Shown here: piece by piece, positions 10,161 through 19,566 of the stretch | How the letters are laid out: each line of letters starts with the position of its first letter | Position numbering within the stretch: position 1 is the first letter of the stretch | Assembly: GCF_900232105.1 (NCBI RefSeq) | Contig: NZ_LT934425.1 | Span: 4,080,001-4,112,000 of the forward strand | Direction: 5' to 3' | Length of the DNA stretch: 32,000 nt | From: Candidatus Kuenenia stuttgartensis | GTDB taxonomy: Bacteria > Planctomycetota > Brocadiia > Brocadiales > Brocadiaceae | The notes under the pieces: generated by a model | Told to the model about the DNA's origin: nothing | The model's input: only the letters and a program-made list of their open reading frames with translations | Databases searched by the model: none | Translations under genes and position numbers: made by a program

Positions 10161-12549
10161 CTGGACACTTTTATATGAAGACTTTAAACCTTCCATGGAA
10201 AGCCTCAGAGAAGCCCTTTGTACACTGGGAAACGGATATTTCGCAACACGTGGTACCTCGCCGGAATCTGAGGCTGACGAGATTCATTATCCCGGTACTT
10301 ATCTCGCTGGAGGCTATAACCGGTTGAAAACTGATATTGCAGGCCGTGTAGTAGAAAATGAAGACTTGGTGAATATGCCAAACTGGTTACTCACGAAATT
10401 CCGGCCTGAAGGCGGCGACTGGTTTAATCTGATGACCGTCGACATTCTTTCCTATCGGCAGGAACTCAACATGAAAGAGGGCATTCTCTCAAGAACAGTG
10501 AGATTCAGAGATAGACAAAATCGCGAAACAACATTGATTCAACGGCGTTTTGTACATATGGCAAATATGCATCTTGCAGCGCTTGAAATTACAATCATAC
10601 CTGAGAATTGGTCAGGGCGTATTCAAATACTCTCCGCCATGGACGGAACTATTATCAATGCAGGAGTTGAACGTTATAAGCAGTTAAACAGCAAACATCT
10701 TGCGCCTGTAAAAAGCGGAAAAGCCGATAATGACATAATTTATCTGCTTGTAGAGACCAATCAATCTCATATCCGTGTGGCAGAGGCTGCAAGAACCCGT
10801 GTTTATATTGAGGGTGAACAGATAGAAGTTGAAAGAAAGCCTGTTGAAGAGCCCGGCTATATTGCTCAGGAATTTTTTATTGAGGCAGTAAATAATACGC
10901 CTGTGACAATTGAAAAGATTGTTTCTTTTTATGCATCTAAAGACTTTGCCATTTCCGAACCTGCTCAGGATGCTGTTGAAGCTCTCAGGCATACCGGCAA
11001 TTTCAAAGAATTATTCGAGCGCCATGCTATGGAATGGAACCATCTCTGGTACAAATGCGACATTCAGATAGCGGACAATGACCGTACACAGATGATTCTC
11101 CGCCTGCACATATTTCATATGCTACAGACGGTTTCCAGAAACTCGATTGATCTGGATATAGGTGTACCTGCAAGGGGTTGGCACGGAGAGGCATACAGGG
11201 GGCATATTTTCTGGGATGAGTTGTTTATCTTTCCATATCTCAATTTGAGAATTCCAGTGCTTACCAGAGCTCTGCTGCTTTACAGATACAGGCGGTTAAA
11301 CAGATCTCGCATTGCCGCTCAAGAGGCGGGATTTAGAGGCGCACTCTATCCATGGCAAAGCGGAAGCGACGGAAGGGAGGAAACACAACAGCTTCATCTT
11401 AATCCCAAATCAGGCCGCTGGCTTCCGGACAACACACACCTCCAGCGCCATGTAAATGCAGCTATAGCGTATAACGTCTGGCAGTACTTCGAAACAACAG
11501 AAGATCTGGAATTTATGGCTACATATGGCACGGAAATGATTCTTGAAATCGCCAGATTTCTGTCAAGCCTCACCTCTTATAACAGAGAAATAGACCGCTA
11601 TGAAATACTCGGTGTCATGGGGCCTGACGAATATCATGATAAATATCCTGACGCTGAAAAACCTGGGCTGAATAACAATGCCTATACAAATGTGATGACC
11701 GTCTGGGTATTGCGTACTGCTATTAAAGCCCTCAACAAGCTGAACCCTAAAAGGAGGTATGACCTTCTGGAAATAATTGGCTTGGAGAAAACCGAGATCG
11801 GACAGTGGCAGGACATTATCCATAAAATGAAGGTTGTCTTTCATGATGATGGCATAATCAGCCAGTTCGAGGGATACAATGAGTTAGCTGAATTCGACTG
11901 GGATGGTTATATCAAAAAATATGGAGATATACAGCGTCTTGACCGTATTCTGGAGGCGGAAGGAGATACAACCAACCGCTATAAGGCTTCAAAGCAAGCG
12001 GACGTACTCATGCTTTTTTATCTCTTTTCTGCAGAGGAACTGCACGAACTTTTTAAAGAAATGGGATACGATTTTGATCCACAAATTATTCCAAAGAACA
12101 TAGAATACTATCTTAAGCGATGCTCTAACGGTTCTACCCTCAGCAATATTGTCCTATCGTGGGTTCTTGCCAGGTCAGATCGTACGGGATCATGGAATAT
12201 TTTTAATAAGGCACTGGAAAGCGATATCTCGGATATACAGGGAGGCACTACACACGAAGGCATACATCTGGGCGCAATGGCTGGGACTGTTGATATTCTC
12301 CAGCAGTGCTATACAGGTATAGCATTCTGTGATGAGATGCTCCATCTGAATCCGAAAATTCCTGAAGGTTTGCAAAGACTCATGTTAAAGATAAAGTATA
12401 GGGGGAACTGGTTTGATATCAACATAACACCGGATGCATTGGCCATTACCTCAAGCAAAGAAAGAGACATAATAACGAAAATTTGTTTCCGCGAAAAGAT
12501 ATATGAAATTAAACCTGGCGACACTTTAAATTTTGATATAAAGGTATAA
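10147..12549 (+). CDS. Glycoside hydrolase family 65 protein (kojibiose/trehalose/maltose phosphorylase-like)
   Basis: 800 aa; LGNGYFATRGTSPE, GHIFWDELFIFPYL, MGPDEYHDKYPDAEKPGLNNNAYTN and a TTHEGIHLGAMAGTVD motif. Confidence 0.9.
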   Translation: MAMNNWTLLYEDFKPSMESLREALCTLGNGYFATRGTSPESEADEIHYPGTYLAGGYNRLKTDIAGRVVENEDLVNMPNWLLTKFRPEGGDWFNLMTVDILSYRQELNMKEGILSRTVRFRDRQNRETTLIQRRFVHMANMHLAALEITIIPENWSGRIQILSAMDGTIINAGVERYKQLNSKHLAPVKSGKADNDIIYLLVETNQSHIRVAEAARTRVYIEGEQIEVERKPVEEPGYIAQEFFIEAVNNTPVTIEKIVSFYASKDFAISEPAQDAVEALRHTGNFKELFERHAMEWNHLWYKCDIQIADNDRTQMILRLHIFHMLQTVSRNSIDLDIGVPARGWHGEAYRGHIFWDELFIFPYLNLRIPVLTRALLLYRYRRLNRSRIAAQEAGFRGALYPWQSGSDGREETQQLHLNPKSGRWLPDNTHLQRHVNAAIAYNVWQYFETTEDLEFMATYGTEMILEIARFLSSLTSYNREIDRYEILGVMGPDEYHDKYPDAEKPGLNNNAYTNVMTVWVLRTAIKALNKLNPKRRYDLLEIIGLEKTEIGQWQDIIHKMKVVFHDDGIISQFEGYNELAEFDWDGYIKKYGDIQRLDRILEAEGDTTNRYKASKQADVLMLFYLFSAEELHELFKEMGYDFDPQIIPKNIEYYLKRCSNGSTLSNIVLSWVLARSDRTGSWNIFNKALESDISDIQGGTTHEGIHLGAMAGTVDILQQCYTGIAFCDEMLHLNPKIPEGLQRLMLKIKYRGNWFDINITPDALAITSSKERDIITKICFREKIYEIKPGDTLNFDIKV

Positions 12550-12736
12550 ATGCCAATGGGCGTATTCCCGATTTTTTGTAAATCTTCACACCCGAGGTTT
12601 GCCTTTGTCGCGATGCTTTTCCTGTTGTTTGGCAAGAATCAGGCTTATAATAGCTGTTTAATAACTTTTATATTCATAATATATATAAAATCAAGATAAT
12701 TTGGTTCTGGCTTACCACAGGTTAAAGTTGTTGGTA

Positions 12737-14422
12737 TTATGCCCGTGTTAAGTGTCTGTATTTGATGCGATGAGGCTGGTCGGAGGCGGAGCCAATGCGT
12801 CTTTTTCTCTCTTCCTCGTATTCAGTATAGTTTCCCTCAAACCAGATAACCTTGCTATCCCCCTCAAAAGCAAGAATGTGGGTGGCAATCCTGTCAAGGA
12901 ACCAGCGGTCATGGCTTATCACCACAGCGCAGCCGGAAAAGTTTTCCAACGCATCCTCGAGGGCACGCATGGTATTTACATCAAGATCATTTGTTGGTTC
13001 ATCGAGCAGGAGGACGTTTGCGCCTTCTTTTAACATACAGGCAAGATGCACCCTGTTTCTTTCCCCTCCGGAAATAGCGTTCACCGGTTTTTGCTGATCC
13101 GCACCTGAAAAGTTAAATCGCGCCACATATGCGCGTGAGTTGACCTCTCTGCTGCCGATTTGAATTATGTCGTTACCGCCGGATATTGTCTCCCATATCG
13201 TTTTATTCGGATCGAGGGTTTCACGGCTCTGGTCTGCATATGCTAGTTTTACCGACTCCCCTATCCTGATTGTTCCGTTATCCGGCTTCTCTTGTCCGGT
13301 AATCATCCGGAACAATGTAGTTTTCCCGGCACCGTTAGGGCCAATGATGCCTACAATTCCACCACGCGGCAGTGAAAACGTCATATTCTCTATCAAAATA
13401 CGGTCTCCGTATGATTTGAAAACCTTATCCGCCTCAATAACTAAATTCCCCAATCTCGGTCCTGGCGGGATGTAAATCTCCAGTTCTTTTATTTGTTTCT
13501 CGGTTTGTTGCGCAAGCAATGATTCATAAGAATTGATTCGCGCCTTTGATTTTGCGTGCCGTCCCTTCGGACTCATCCGGATCCATTCCAGCTCGCGTTG
13601 CAATGTCTTTTGCCGTTCAGTCTCTTGTTTTTCTTCCTGTTGCAATCTTTTCTGTTTTTGATCAAGCCATGAAGAATAGTTACCCTTCCATGGTATACCA
13701 TATCCGCGGTCAAGTTCTAATATCCAGCCGGCGACATTATCAAGAAAATACCGGTCGTGCGTCACAGCAATCACTGTTCCTTCATATTTCAGCAAGTGTT
13801 GCTCCAGCCAGGCAACCGTTTCAGCATCGAGGTGGTTCGTCGGTTCATCCAAAAGCAGGATGTCCGGTTTTTTTAAGAGCAATCTGCAAAGCGCCACACG
13901 CCGTTTTTCTCCACCTGATAATATCTTTACCGGTGTATTTCCCTCAGGGCAACGTAGCGCATCCATTGCCATTTCAAGCCGGGAATCAAGGTCCCAGGCA
14001 TTAAGCGCGTCAATCTTTTCCTGAACCGCCCCCTGCCTTTCTATCAAAGCATTCATTTCATCGCCTGACATTGGTTCTGCAAATTGTTCGTTTATACGGT
14101 TATATTCATTGTGGAGATCTACCAATTCCTGGACGCCTTCTTCCACAATCTGACGCGCCGTTTTTGTTTCGTCAAGCAAGGGTTCCTGTTCAAGAAATCC
14201 TACCGTATATCCCTGTGAAAGCGTTACCTGTCCGTTATAATTCTCGTCTACTCCTGCCATTATGCGTAAAAGAGAACTCTTTCCCGAACCATTTAAACCA
14301 AGCACGCCAATCTTAGCGCCGTAAAAATAGGAAAGCGAGATGTCTTTTAATACGGGTTTTTTTTCATAAAACTTGCTCACACTGTTCATGGAATAAATAA
14401 CTTTGTTCGGTTGATTGCTCAT
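12737..14422 (-). CDS. ettA: ABC-F family ATPase, energy-dependent translational throttle protein EttA-like
   Basis: 561 aa; two Walker A motifs (GLNGSGKSSLLRI, GPNGAGKTTLFRM), LSGGEKRRVALCRLL, and the N-terminal YSMNSVSKFYEKKPVLKDISLSYFYGAKIGVLG pattern; no TM segments. Confidence 0.93.
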   Translation of the reverse strand: MSNQPNKVIYSMNSVSKFYEKKPVLKDISLSYFYGAKIGVLGLNGSGKSSLLRIMAGVDENYNGQVTLSQGYTVGFLEQEPLLDETKTARQIVEEGVQELVDLHNEYNRINEQFAEPMSGDEMNALIERQGAVQEKIDALNAWDLDSRLEMAMDALRCPEGNTPVKILSGGEKRRVALCRLLLKKPDILLLDEPTNHLDAETVAWLEQHLLKYEGTVIAVTHDRYFLDNVAGWILELDRGYGIPWKGNYSSWLDQKQKRLQQEEKQETERQKTLQRELEWIRMSPKGRHAKSKARINSYESLLAQQTEKQIKELEIYIPPGPRLGNLVIEADKVFKSYGDRILIENMTFSLPRGGIVGIIGPNGAGKTTLFRMITGQEKPDNGTIRIGESVKLAYADQSRETLDPNKTIWETISGGNDIIQIGSREVNSRAYVARFNFSGADQQKPVNAISGGERNRVHLACMLKEGANVLLLDEPTNDLDVNTMRALEDALENFSGCAVVISHDRWFLDRIATHILAFEGDSKVIWFEGNYTEYEEERKRRIGSASDQPHRIKYRHLTRA

Positions 14423-14561
14423 TTTGGCATGCCTCCGGGAAAAATTGTTACATGGTTTTTTCTGCTTGTATTCTTAATATGAATCAGCATGTGCATAACT
14501 ATAAAAGAATTTTGCCTGCTTAGCAAGCCTGCGGTAGAACTCTTCCATAAACTGTACCGTC

Positions 14562-14589
14562 GGCAATCGACAATCTACAGTCGGCAAAT
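14562..14589. repeat. Degenerate heptad tract
   Basis: GGCAATC GACAATC TACAGTC GGCAAAT. Confidence 0.45.
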
Positions 14590-14700
14590 TGAGATTGAAA
14601 TTATTATTAAAACCTCAACTTATTGAAAAGTTACCATAAAGCACACTTTTTCCGTCAATTTTTTCGCTCCATGCAGAGACGCACAACAACGCTTCCCAAC

Positions 14701-14728
14701 ATTAGTCATTAGTCATTAGTCATTGGTC
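14701..14728. repeat. Heptanucleotide tandem repeat, 4 units
   Basis: ATTAGTC ATTAGTC ATTAGTC ATTGGTC. Confidence 0.9.
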
Positions 14729-14752
14729 AACTGCCGACTGAAGAAAGGATCA

Positions 14753-14798
14753 TTAAATATTTTGCCGGAAAATGTAAAGAAATTACTGATAAGGTACT
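14753..14798 (+). repeat. Two-part dispersed motif, copy 1
   Basis: TTAAATATTTTGCC (14753..14766) and AAATTACTGATAAGGTACT (14780..14798); both blocks recur at 25812..25879. Confidence 0.65.
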
Positions 14799-15036
14799 AT
14801 GTTCTCTACAGTTAAAATATTGGCTATTATTATCGTTAAAAATGATTTGACTTTGTTTAACTCTTTTTATAATCTTGATAAAAATTTTCTTTTAGCTATT
14901 CATAGCACACAAAGCCGCAATCAAAAAGAGTTTAACCACGAAACACTATGGGCACAAAGAAAAACTTACAAAAGAAAGATGTTTTTACAGGGTAATACTA
15001 TATTCACCATTACATTTTTTATCATAAGAGCGACTC

Positions 15037-16278
15037 ATGGGACTAATTGTTCAAAAATTTGGCGGTACTTCTGTTGCTGATGCTGAACGCATAAAGGCTG
15101 CTGCCAGGCGAGTTACAGAAACATATGATGCCGGGAATAAAGTGATTGTTGTTGTTTCTGCGAGGGGACAAACAACTGATGAACTTATTGAACTTGCAAA
15201 TGAAATTATTGATAAACCTTCTACACGCGAAATGGATATGTTATTATCAACGGGCGAACAGGTTTCTATTGCCCTCATGGCAATGGCGATTCATGCGCTT
15301 GGGTATCCTGCAATATCATTTACCGGTGGTCAGGTGGGTATCGTTACGGATAGTTTTCACACGAAGGCGCGCATCCGCAACATCAATGCAGACCGAATCC
15401 GCAAGGAATTAGATAATGGCTCCATTGTTATTGTAGCGGGTTTTCAGGGCATTGACGTAAATGAAAACATAACCACCCTGGGAAGAGGCGGTTCTGATAC
15501 TACGGCAGTCGCCCTCGCATCTATTCTGCATGCGGACAGATGTGATATTTTTACGGACGTGGATGGAATTTATACCGCCGACCCAAGAAAGGTGCCAAAT
15601 GCCAGAAAACTCAATAAAATCTCGTATGATGAGATTTTAGAGCTTGCGAGCCTGGGCGCCCAGGTAATGCACTCGCGCTCGATAGAATTTGCAAAAAAAT
15701 ACAATGTGCCTTTATACGTTCGCTCAAGTTTCAACAACTCTGAAGGAACATTGATATGTAAGGAGATTGATGATATGGAAAACATTGTTGTAAGCGGTGC
15801 AACCGTCAGCAAAAACGATGCAAAAATTACTATCAGGTCTATTCCTGATGTTCCCGGCCAGGCGGCAAAAATATTTCACGAGATCGCGAAAAAAAATATT
15901 AATGTGGACATGATCATTCAAAACGCAAGTGTCGAAGGACGCGCTGACGTAACGTTTACTGTACCGCGAAGTGATTTGAAAAACGCGCTGGAAACTGCAG
16001 AAAAGATAAAAAAGGACCTCTGGGCAATGGAGGTTTTATACGATGACAAAATCGCTAAACTATCCGTAGTAGGGATAGGCATGCGGAGCCATTGTGGTGT
16101 AGCGGAAAAGATGTTCAGTATCCTTGCTGAAGAAAAAATTAACATACAGATGATTAGTACCTCTGAAATAAAAATATCCTGCATAATCGATGAAGCTCAC
16201 GCCGAACGGGCATTAAATGCAGTGCATAAAATATTTGGATTAAACCTCGTCAAAAACGAAGTGGCCGCTAAGGTCTAA
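15037..16278 (+). CDS. lysC: Aspartate kinase
   Basis: 413 aa; N-terminus LIVQKFGGTSVADAERI, TTLGRGGSDTTAVALA, and C-terminal ACT-domain sequence. Confidence 0.97.
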   Translation: MGLIVQKFGGTSVADAERIKAAARRVTETYDAGNKVIVVVSARGQTTDELIELANEIIDKPSTREMDMLLSTGEQVSIALMAMAIHALGYPAISFTGGQVGIVTDSFHTKARIRNINADRIRKELDNGSIVIVAGFQGIDVNENITTLGRGGSDTTAVALASILHADRCDIFTDVDGIYTADPRKVPNARKLNKISYDEILELASLGAQVMHSRSIEFAKKYNVPLYVRSSFNNSEGTLICKEIDDMENIVVSGATVSKNDAKITIRSIPDVPGQAAKIFHEIAKKNINVDMIIQNASVEGRADVTFTVPRSDLKNALETAEKIKKDLWAMEVLYDDKIAKLSVVGIGMRSHCGVAEKMFSILAEEKINIQMISTSEIKISCIIDEAHAERALNAVHKIFGLNLVKNEVAAKV

Positions 16279-17495
16279 TTTTCGTTTGTACGCGTAAGTT
16301 TCGGCTGATAAATACAATATGGTTCTTCCGCCAAATAGTTTCCTGTATCGTAAAATGCACGAGCCCTGCACCCTTCGCAGACTTTTTTGTATTCACAGTC
16401 CCCGCACTTGCCCTCTAATAAATCCGGATTTCGCAGCTTTTCAAATACCGGAGAATTTTTCCAGATATCTGCAAATTTTTGTTTCTTTACATGTCCCGCT
16501 TCGACGGGCAAATAACCGCAGGGGAAAACCTCCCCTTTATGGGAAACAAAACAAACGCCTGTACCCGCCAAACACCCCTTTGTCATCGCAGCCATACCAT
16601 GGGTTTGGGGAGATATTGTAATCCCTTCCTCTTTTGCCCGTTCTCTCATGATACGAAAATAATGCGGCGCACAGGTAGCCTTCGTCTGAATTTTTGCTTC
16701 TTTTGATAAATCATAGAAATGATTGAGTACTTCTTCGTATTTGGCGGGATGAAGCATTTGATCATCCGCAATCTGAACCCCGCAACCCACAGGCACCAGC
16801 ATAAAAACATGTAGCGCATCAGCACCCAGCTCTAAAGCCAATTTGTACATATCATCTATTTGTTCAACATTATGTTTGGCAATCGTGCAATTTATTTGCA
16901 TACTCATGCCCAGATTTTTCAATCTTTTAAAGCCTTCCATTGAACGCTTGAACGAACCGGGTATTTTTCGAAAATCGTCGTGCGTTTTTTCGTCTGCGCC
17001 ATCAAAGCTGATAGAAACCCTGGCAATGCCTGCATCAACAATTTTTCTTGCCACATCGTCTTCAACAAGTGTACCATTTGTAGCTAATGCAACGCTTAGC
17101 CCTTTGCTTACCGCATGTTTTGCAATATCGAAGATATCCGGACGAAAGAGAGGCTCTCCCCCACTCAATACCAAAATTGGATTGCCCACCTCCACGATAG
17201 CATCAACAAATTCAAAGGCTTCTTTTGTAGACATATCGTCTTTTGCAAGAGTAGTACTTACATCAAGCCTGCGGCAATGTATACACTCCAGATTACAGCC
17301 GACAGTCGTCTCCCAAAACACAAGCCTTAACTGATTTTTCATATTTTTCATATATTCAACTGCAGATTTACCTGATGTATCATGTTTCATACGATCATAC
17401 GTCTGTCTGATTGTTTCCGGATGATCACCATGGCCATGAGGCGTCGGGTGGCTGCTTTTTTGTTTTTGTTCAGTGTGCAAAGTGTTTTCCTCCAT
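16275..17495 (-). CDS. ahbD: Radical SAM/SPASM domain protein, AhbD (heme b synthase)-like
   Basis: 406 aa; CNLECIHCR radical SAM motif, ILVLSGGEPLFRPDI, and C-terminal CGDCEYKKVCEGCRARAFYDTGNYLAEEPYCIYQP. Confidence 0.72.
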   Translation of the reverse strand: MEENTLHTEQKQKSSHPTPHGHGDHPETIRQTYDRMKHDTSGKSAVEYMKNMKNQLRLVFWETTVGCNLECIHCRRLDVSTTLAKDDMSTKEAFEFVDAIVEVGNPILVLSGGEPLFRPDIFDIAKHAVSKGLSVALATNGTLVEDDVARKIVDAGIARVSISFDGADEKTHDDFRKIPGSFKRSMEGFKRLKNLGMSMQINCTIAKHNVEQIDDMYKLALELGADALHVFMLVPVGCGVQIADDQMLHPAKYEEVLNHFYDLSKEAKIQTKATCAPHYFRIMRERAKEEGITISPQTHGMAAMTKGCLAGTGVCFVSHKGEVFPCGYLPVEAGHVKKQKFADIWKNSPVFEKLRNPDLLEGKCGDCEYKKVCEGCRARAFYDTGNYLAEEPYCIYQPKLTRTNEN

Positions 17496-17839
17496 AGTTT
17501 TTTGTATTCATTTTTGACCGACATAATAAGGATTCTTATTATAGAAAATACCCGTAGTTTGGTCAATTAAGAAAACAAACTTTCCTTAAAGCCCTTGTTT
17601 AAAAACAAAAAAGTACTTTGCCGGAAAACGGACATCAACATATAATGATGTAGAGAGAAACCTCGTTAGCCTTTTAAACTTGACAATATATTTTATCATT
17701 GATACCATTTAACCTCATTGTAACTTATAGTTATACAATATATTATTTATAACTAATTGCTTATTTCTTAAGCACTTACATAACTAATCACTCTATTTAC
17801 TTAATCATTTAGTTTTCTCACCAGGCATACTAAAACCTC

Positions 17840-17875
17840 CCCCCATTTTTCTTATTTTGCTATGGAAAATGGGGG
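17840..17875 (+). promoter_or_regulatory. Terminator/attenuator-like hairpin upstream of cimA
   Basis: Arms CCCCCATTTT (17840..17849) and AAAATGGGGG (17866..17875) are perfectly complementary, with a 16-nt loop, followed by TATTTTTTTG. Confidence 0.6.
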
Positions 17876-17914
17876 TATTTTTTGTCAATAAAAATTGTAA
17901 CAACAACACTAATT

Positions 17915-19486
17915 ATGGATAGAATCTTTATATACGATACAACGTTACGTGACGGAAGCCAGGCAGAAGGGGTCTCCTTCTCGTTACAGGACAAATTAGC
18001 AATAACCGTCAAGTTAGATGAATTAGGCATAGATTTTATAGAAGGCGGATTTCCCATTGCCAATCCGAAGGACGAATCGTACTTTAAAGAAGTAAAATCT
18101 TTATCTTTAAAACATTCCAAAATCGCATCTTTTGGCAGTACAAGAAAAGTTGGGGTGCGCACAGAAGAAGATAAAAATGTGAATGCCCTTCTATTTGCCG
18201 AAACCCCTGTAGTGACTATTGTGGGTAAAAGCTGGGATTTTCAGGTCACTGATGTTTTAAAAACTACGTTAGACGAAAATGTAAAAATGGTAACGGATAC
18301 TATCTTATTTCTTAAATCCAGGAATCGTGAGGTCTTTTTTGATGCGGAACATTTTTTTGACGGATTCAAAAGCAACCGCGGATATGCGTTGAAAGTTATT
18401 AATGAAGCCTGTTCCGCAGGCGCAGACGTAATAGTTTTATGCGATACCAATGGTGGCAGTTTGCCTGACGAGATTGCAACCATTGTTGAAGAAGTCAGAA
18501 AAAACAATAAGTGCATATTAGGTATTCATGCCCACAACGATGGCGACCTTGCAATTGCAAATACCATTATGGCTGTAAACAAAGGGGTGAGGCATGTACA
18601 GGGAACAATCAATGGTATTGGCGAGCGATGTGGCAATGCGGATCTTTGTTCCGTAATCCCTAATCTGGTTTTAAAAATGGGATATCACTGTTTACATAAC
18701 GATGGCCTTCGGAAATTGACGGAAATATCGCGCTACGTTTATGAAACCGCAAATTTATTGTTTCGCACAAATCAACCTTTTGTCGGGTCAAGCGCTTTTG
18801 CGCATAAAGGCGGTTTACATATCAATGCAATTCAAAAAAACAAGGTTACTTACGAACATATCAATCCTGAATCGGTCGGTAACAAAAGGAAAATATTGAT
18901 CTCTGAACTTTCAGGAAGTGCTACAATTCTTTCCAAAACAGAAAAATTTAATTTAACACACGATACCGCTCTTTTAAGGTCGATCCTCGAAGAAGTGCAA
19001 AATCTTGAAAACGAAGGATATCAACTTGAATCAGCGGAAGCCTCCTTTGAATTACTGGTACGAAAGAAAACCGGAAAATATAAACCATTCTTTGAACTTG
19101 AAGGTTTCAGGGTAATTGTCGAAAAAAGAGAAAATGGTTTACCGATAACGGAAGCTACTGTTAAAATAAATGTCAATAACACACAGGAACTCACTGCCAG
19201 TGAAGGATCTGGTCCGGTAAATGCATTAGATACTGCATTACGAAAAGCATTGGAGAGGTTTTATCCCGTTTTAAAGGACATGAAACTTCTCGATTATAAG
19301 GTAAGAGTTATAAATCCCCGCAGTGCAACCGCTGCAAAAGTAAGGGTAATAATAGAATCAAAGGATAAAGAAAACGTCTGGAGTACTGTTGGCGTATCAG
19401 GAAACCTTATTGAAGCAAGCTGGCAAGCGCTTGTCGACAGCATAGAATATAAACTTATTAAAGAATATGAAGCAAAACAACTTTGA
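17915..19486 (+). CDS. cimA: (R)-citramalate synthase
   Basis: ORF 17882..19486 with a TTG start; ATG at 17915 begins [32 protein letters not shown]-family motifs include [15 protein letters not shown]; [12 protein letters not shown] and [20 protein letters not shown] fit CimA. Confidence 0.92.
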   Translation: MDRIFIYDTTLRDGSQAEGVSFSLQDKLAITVKLDELGIDFIEGGFPIANPKDESYFKEVKSLSLKHSKIASFGSTRKVGVRTEEDKNVNALLFAETPVVTIVGKSWDFQVTDVLKTTLDENVKMVTDTILFLKSRNREVFFDAEHFFDGFKSNRGYALKVINEACSAGADVIVLCDTNGGSLPDEIATIVEEVRKNNKCILGIHAHNDGDLAIANTIMAVNKGVRHVQGTINGIGERCGNADLCSVIPNLVLKMGYHCLHNDGLRKLTEISRYVYETANLLFRTNQPFVGSSAFAHKGGLHINAIQKNKVTYEHINPESVGNKRKILISELSGSATILSKTEKFNLTHDTALLRSILEEVQNLENEGYQLESAEASFELLVRKKTGKYKPFFELEGFRVIVEKRENGLPITEATVKINVNNTQELTASEGSGPVNALDTALRKALERFYPVLKDMKLLDYKVRVINPRSATAAKVRVIIESKDKENVWSTVGVSGNLIEASWQALVDSIEYKLIKEYEAKQL

Positions 19487-19566
19487 TCCTGCTTTATAAG
19501 GCAAATGCGAAAAAATCCTCACTGCTTTTAAAACAAAGACAACTATTCAATATTTTTGCTACAACT

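Noticed and set aside
14701-14728. Possible CRISPR array or integron-like array at the ATTAGTC repeat.
   Set aside because: Unit is only 7 nt with no spacers and no cas or integrase genes nearby; it is a simple short tandem repeat.
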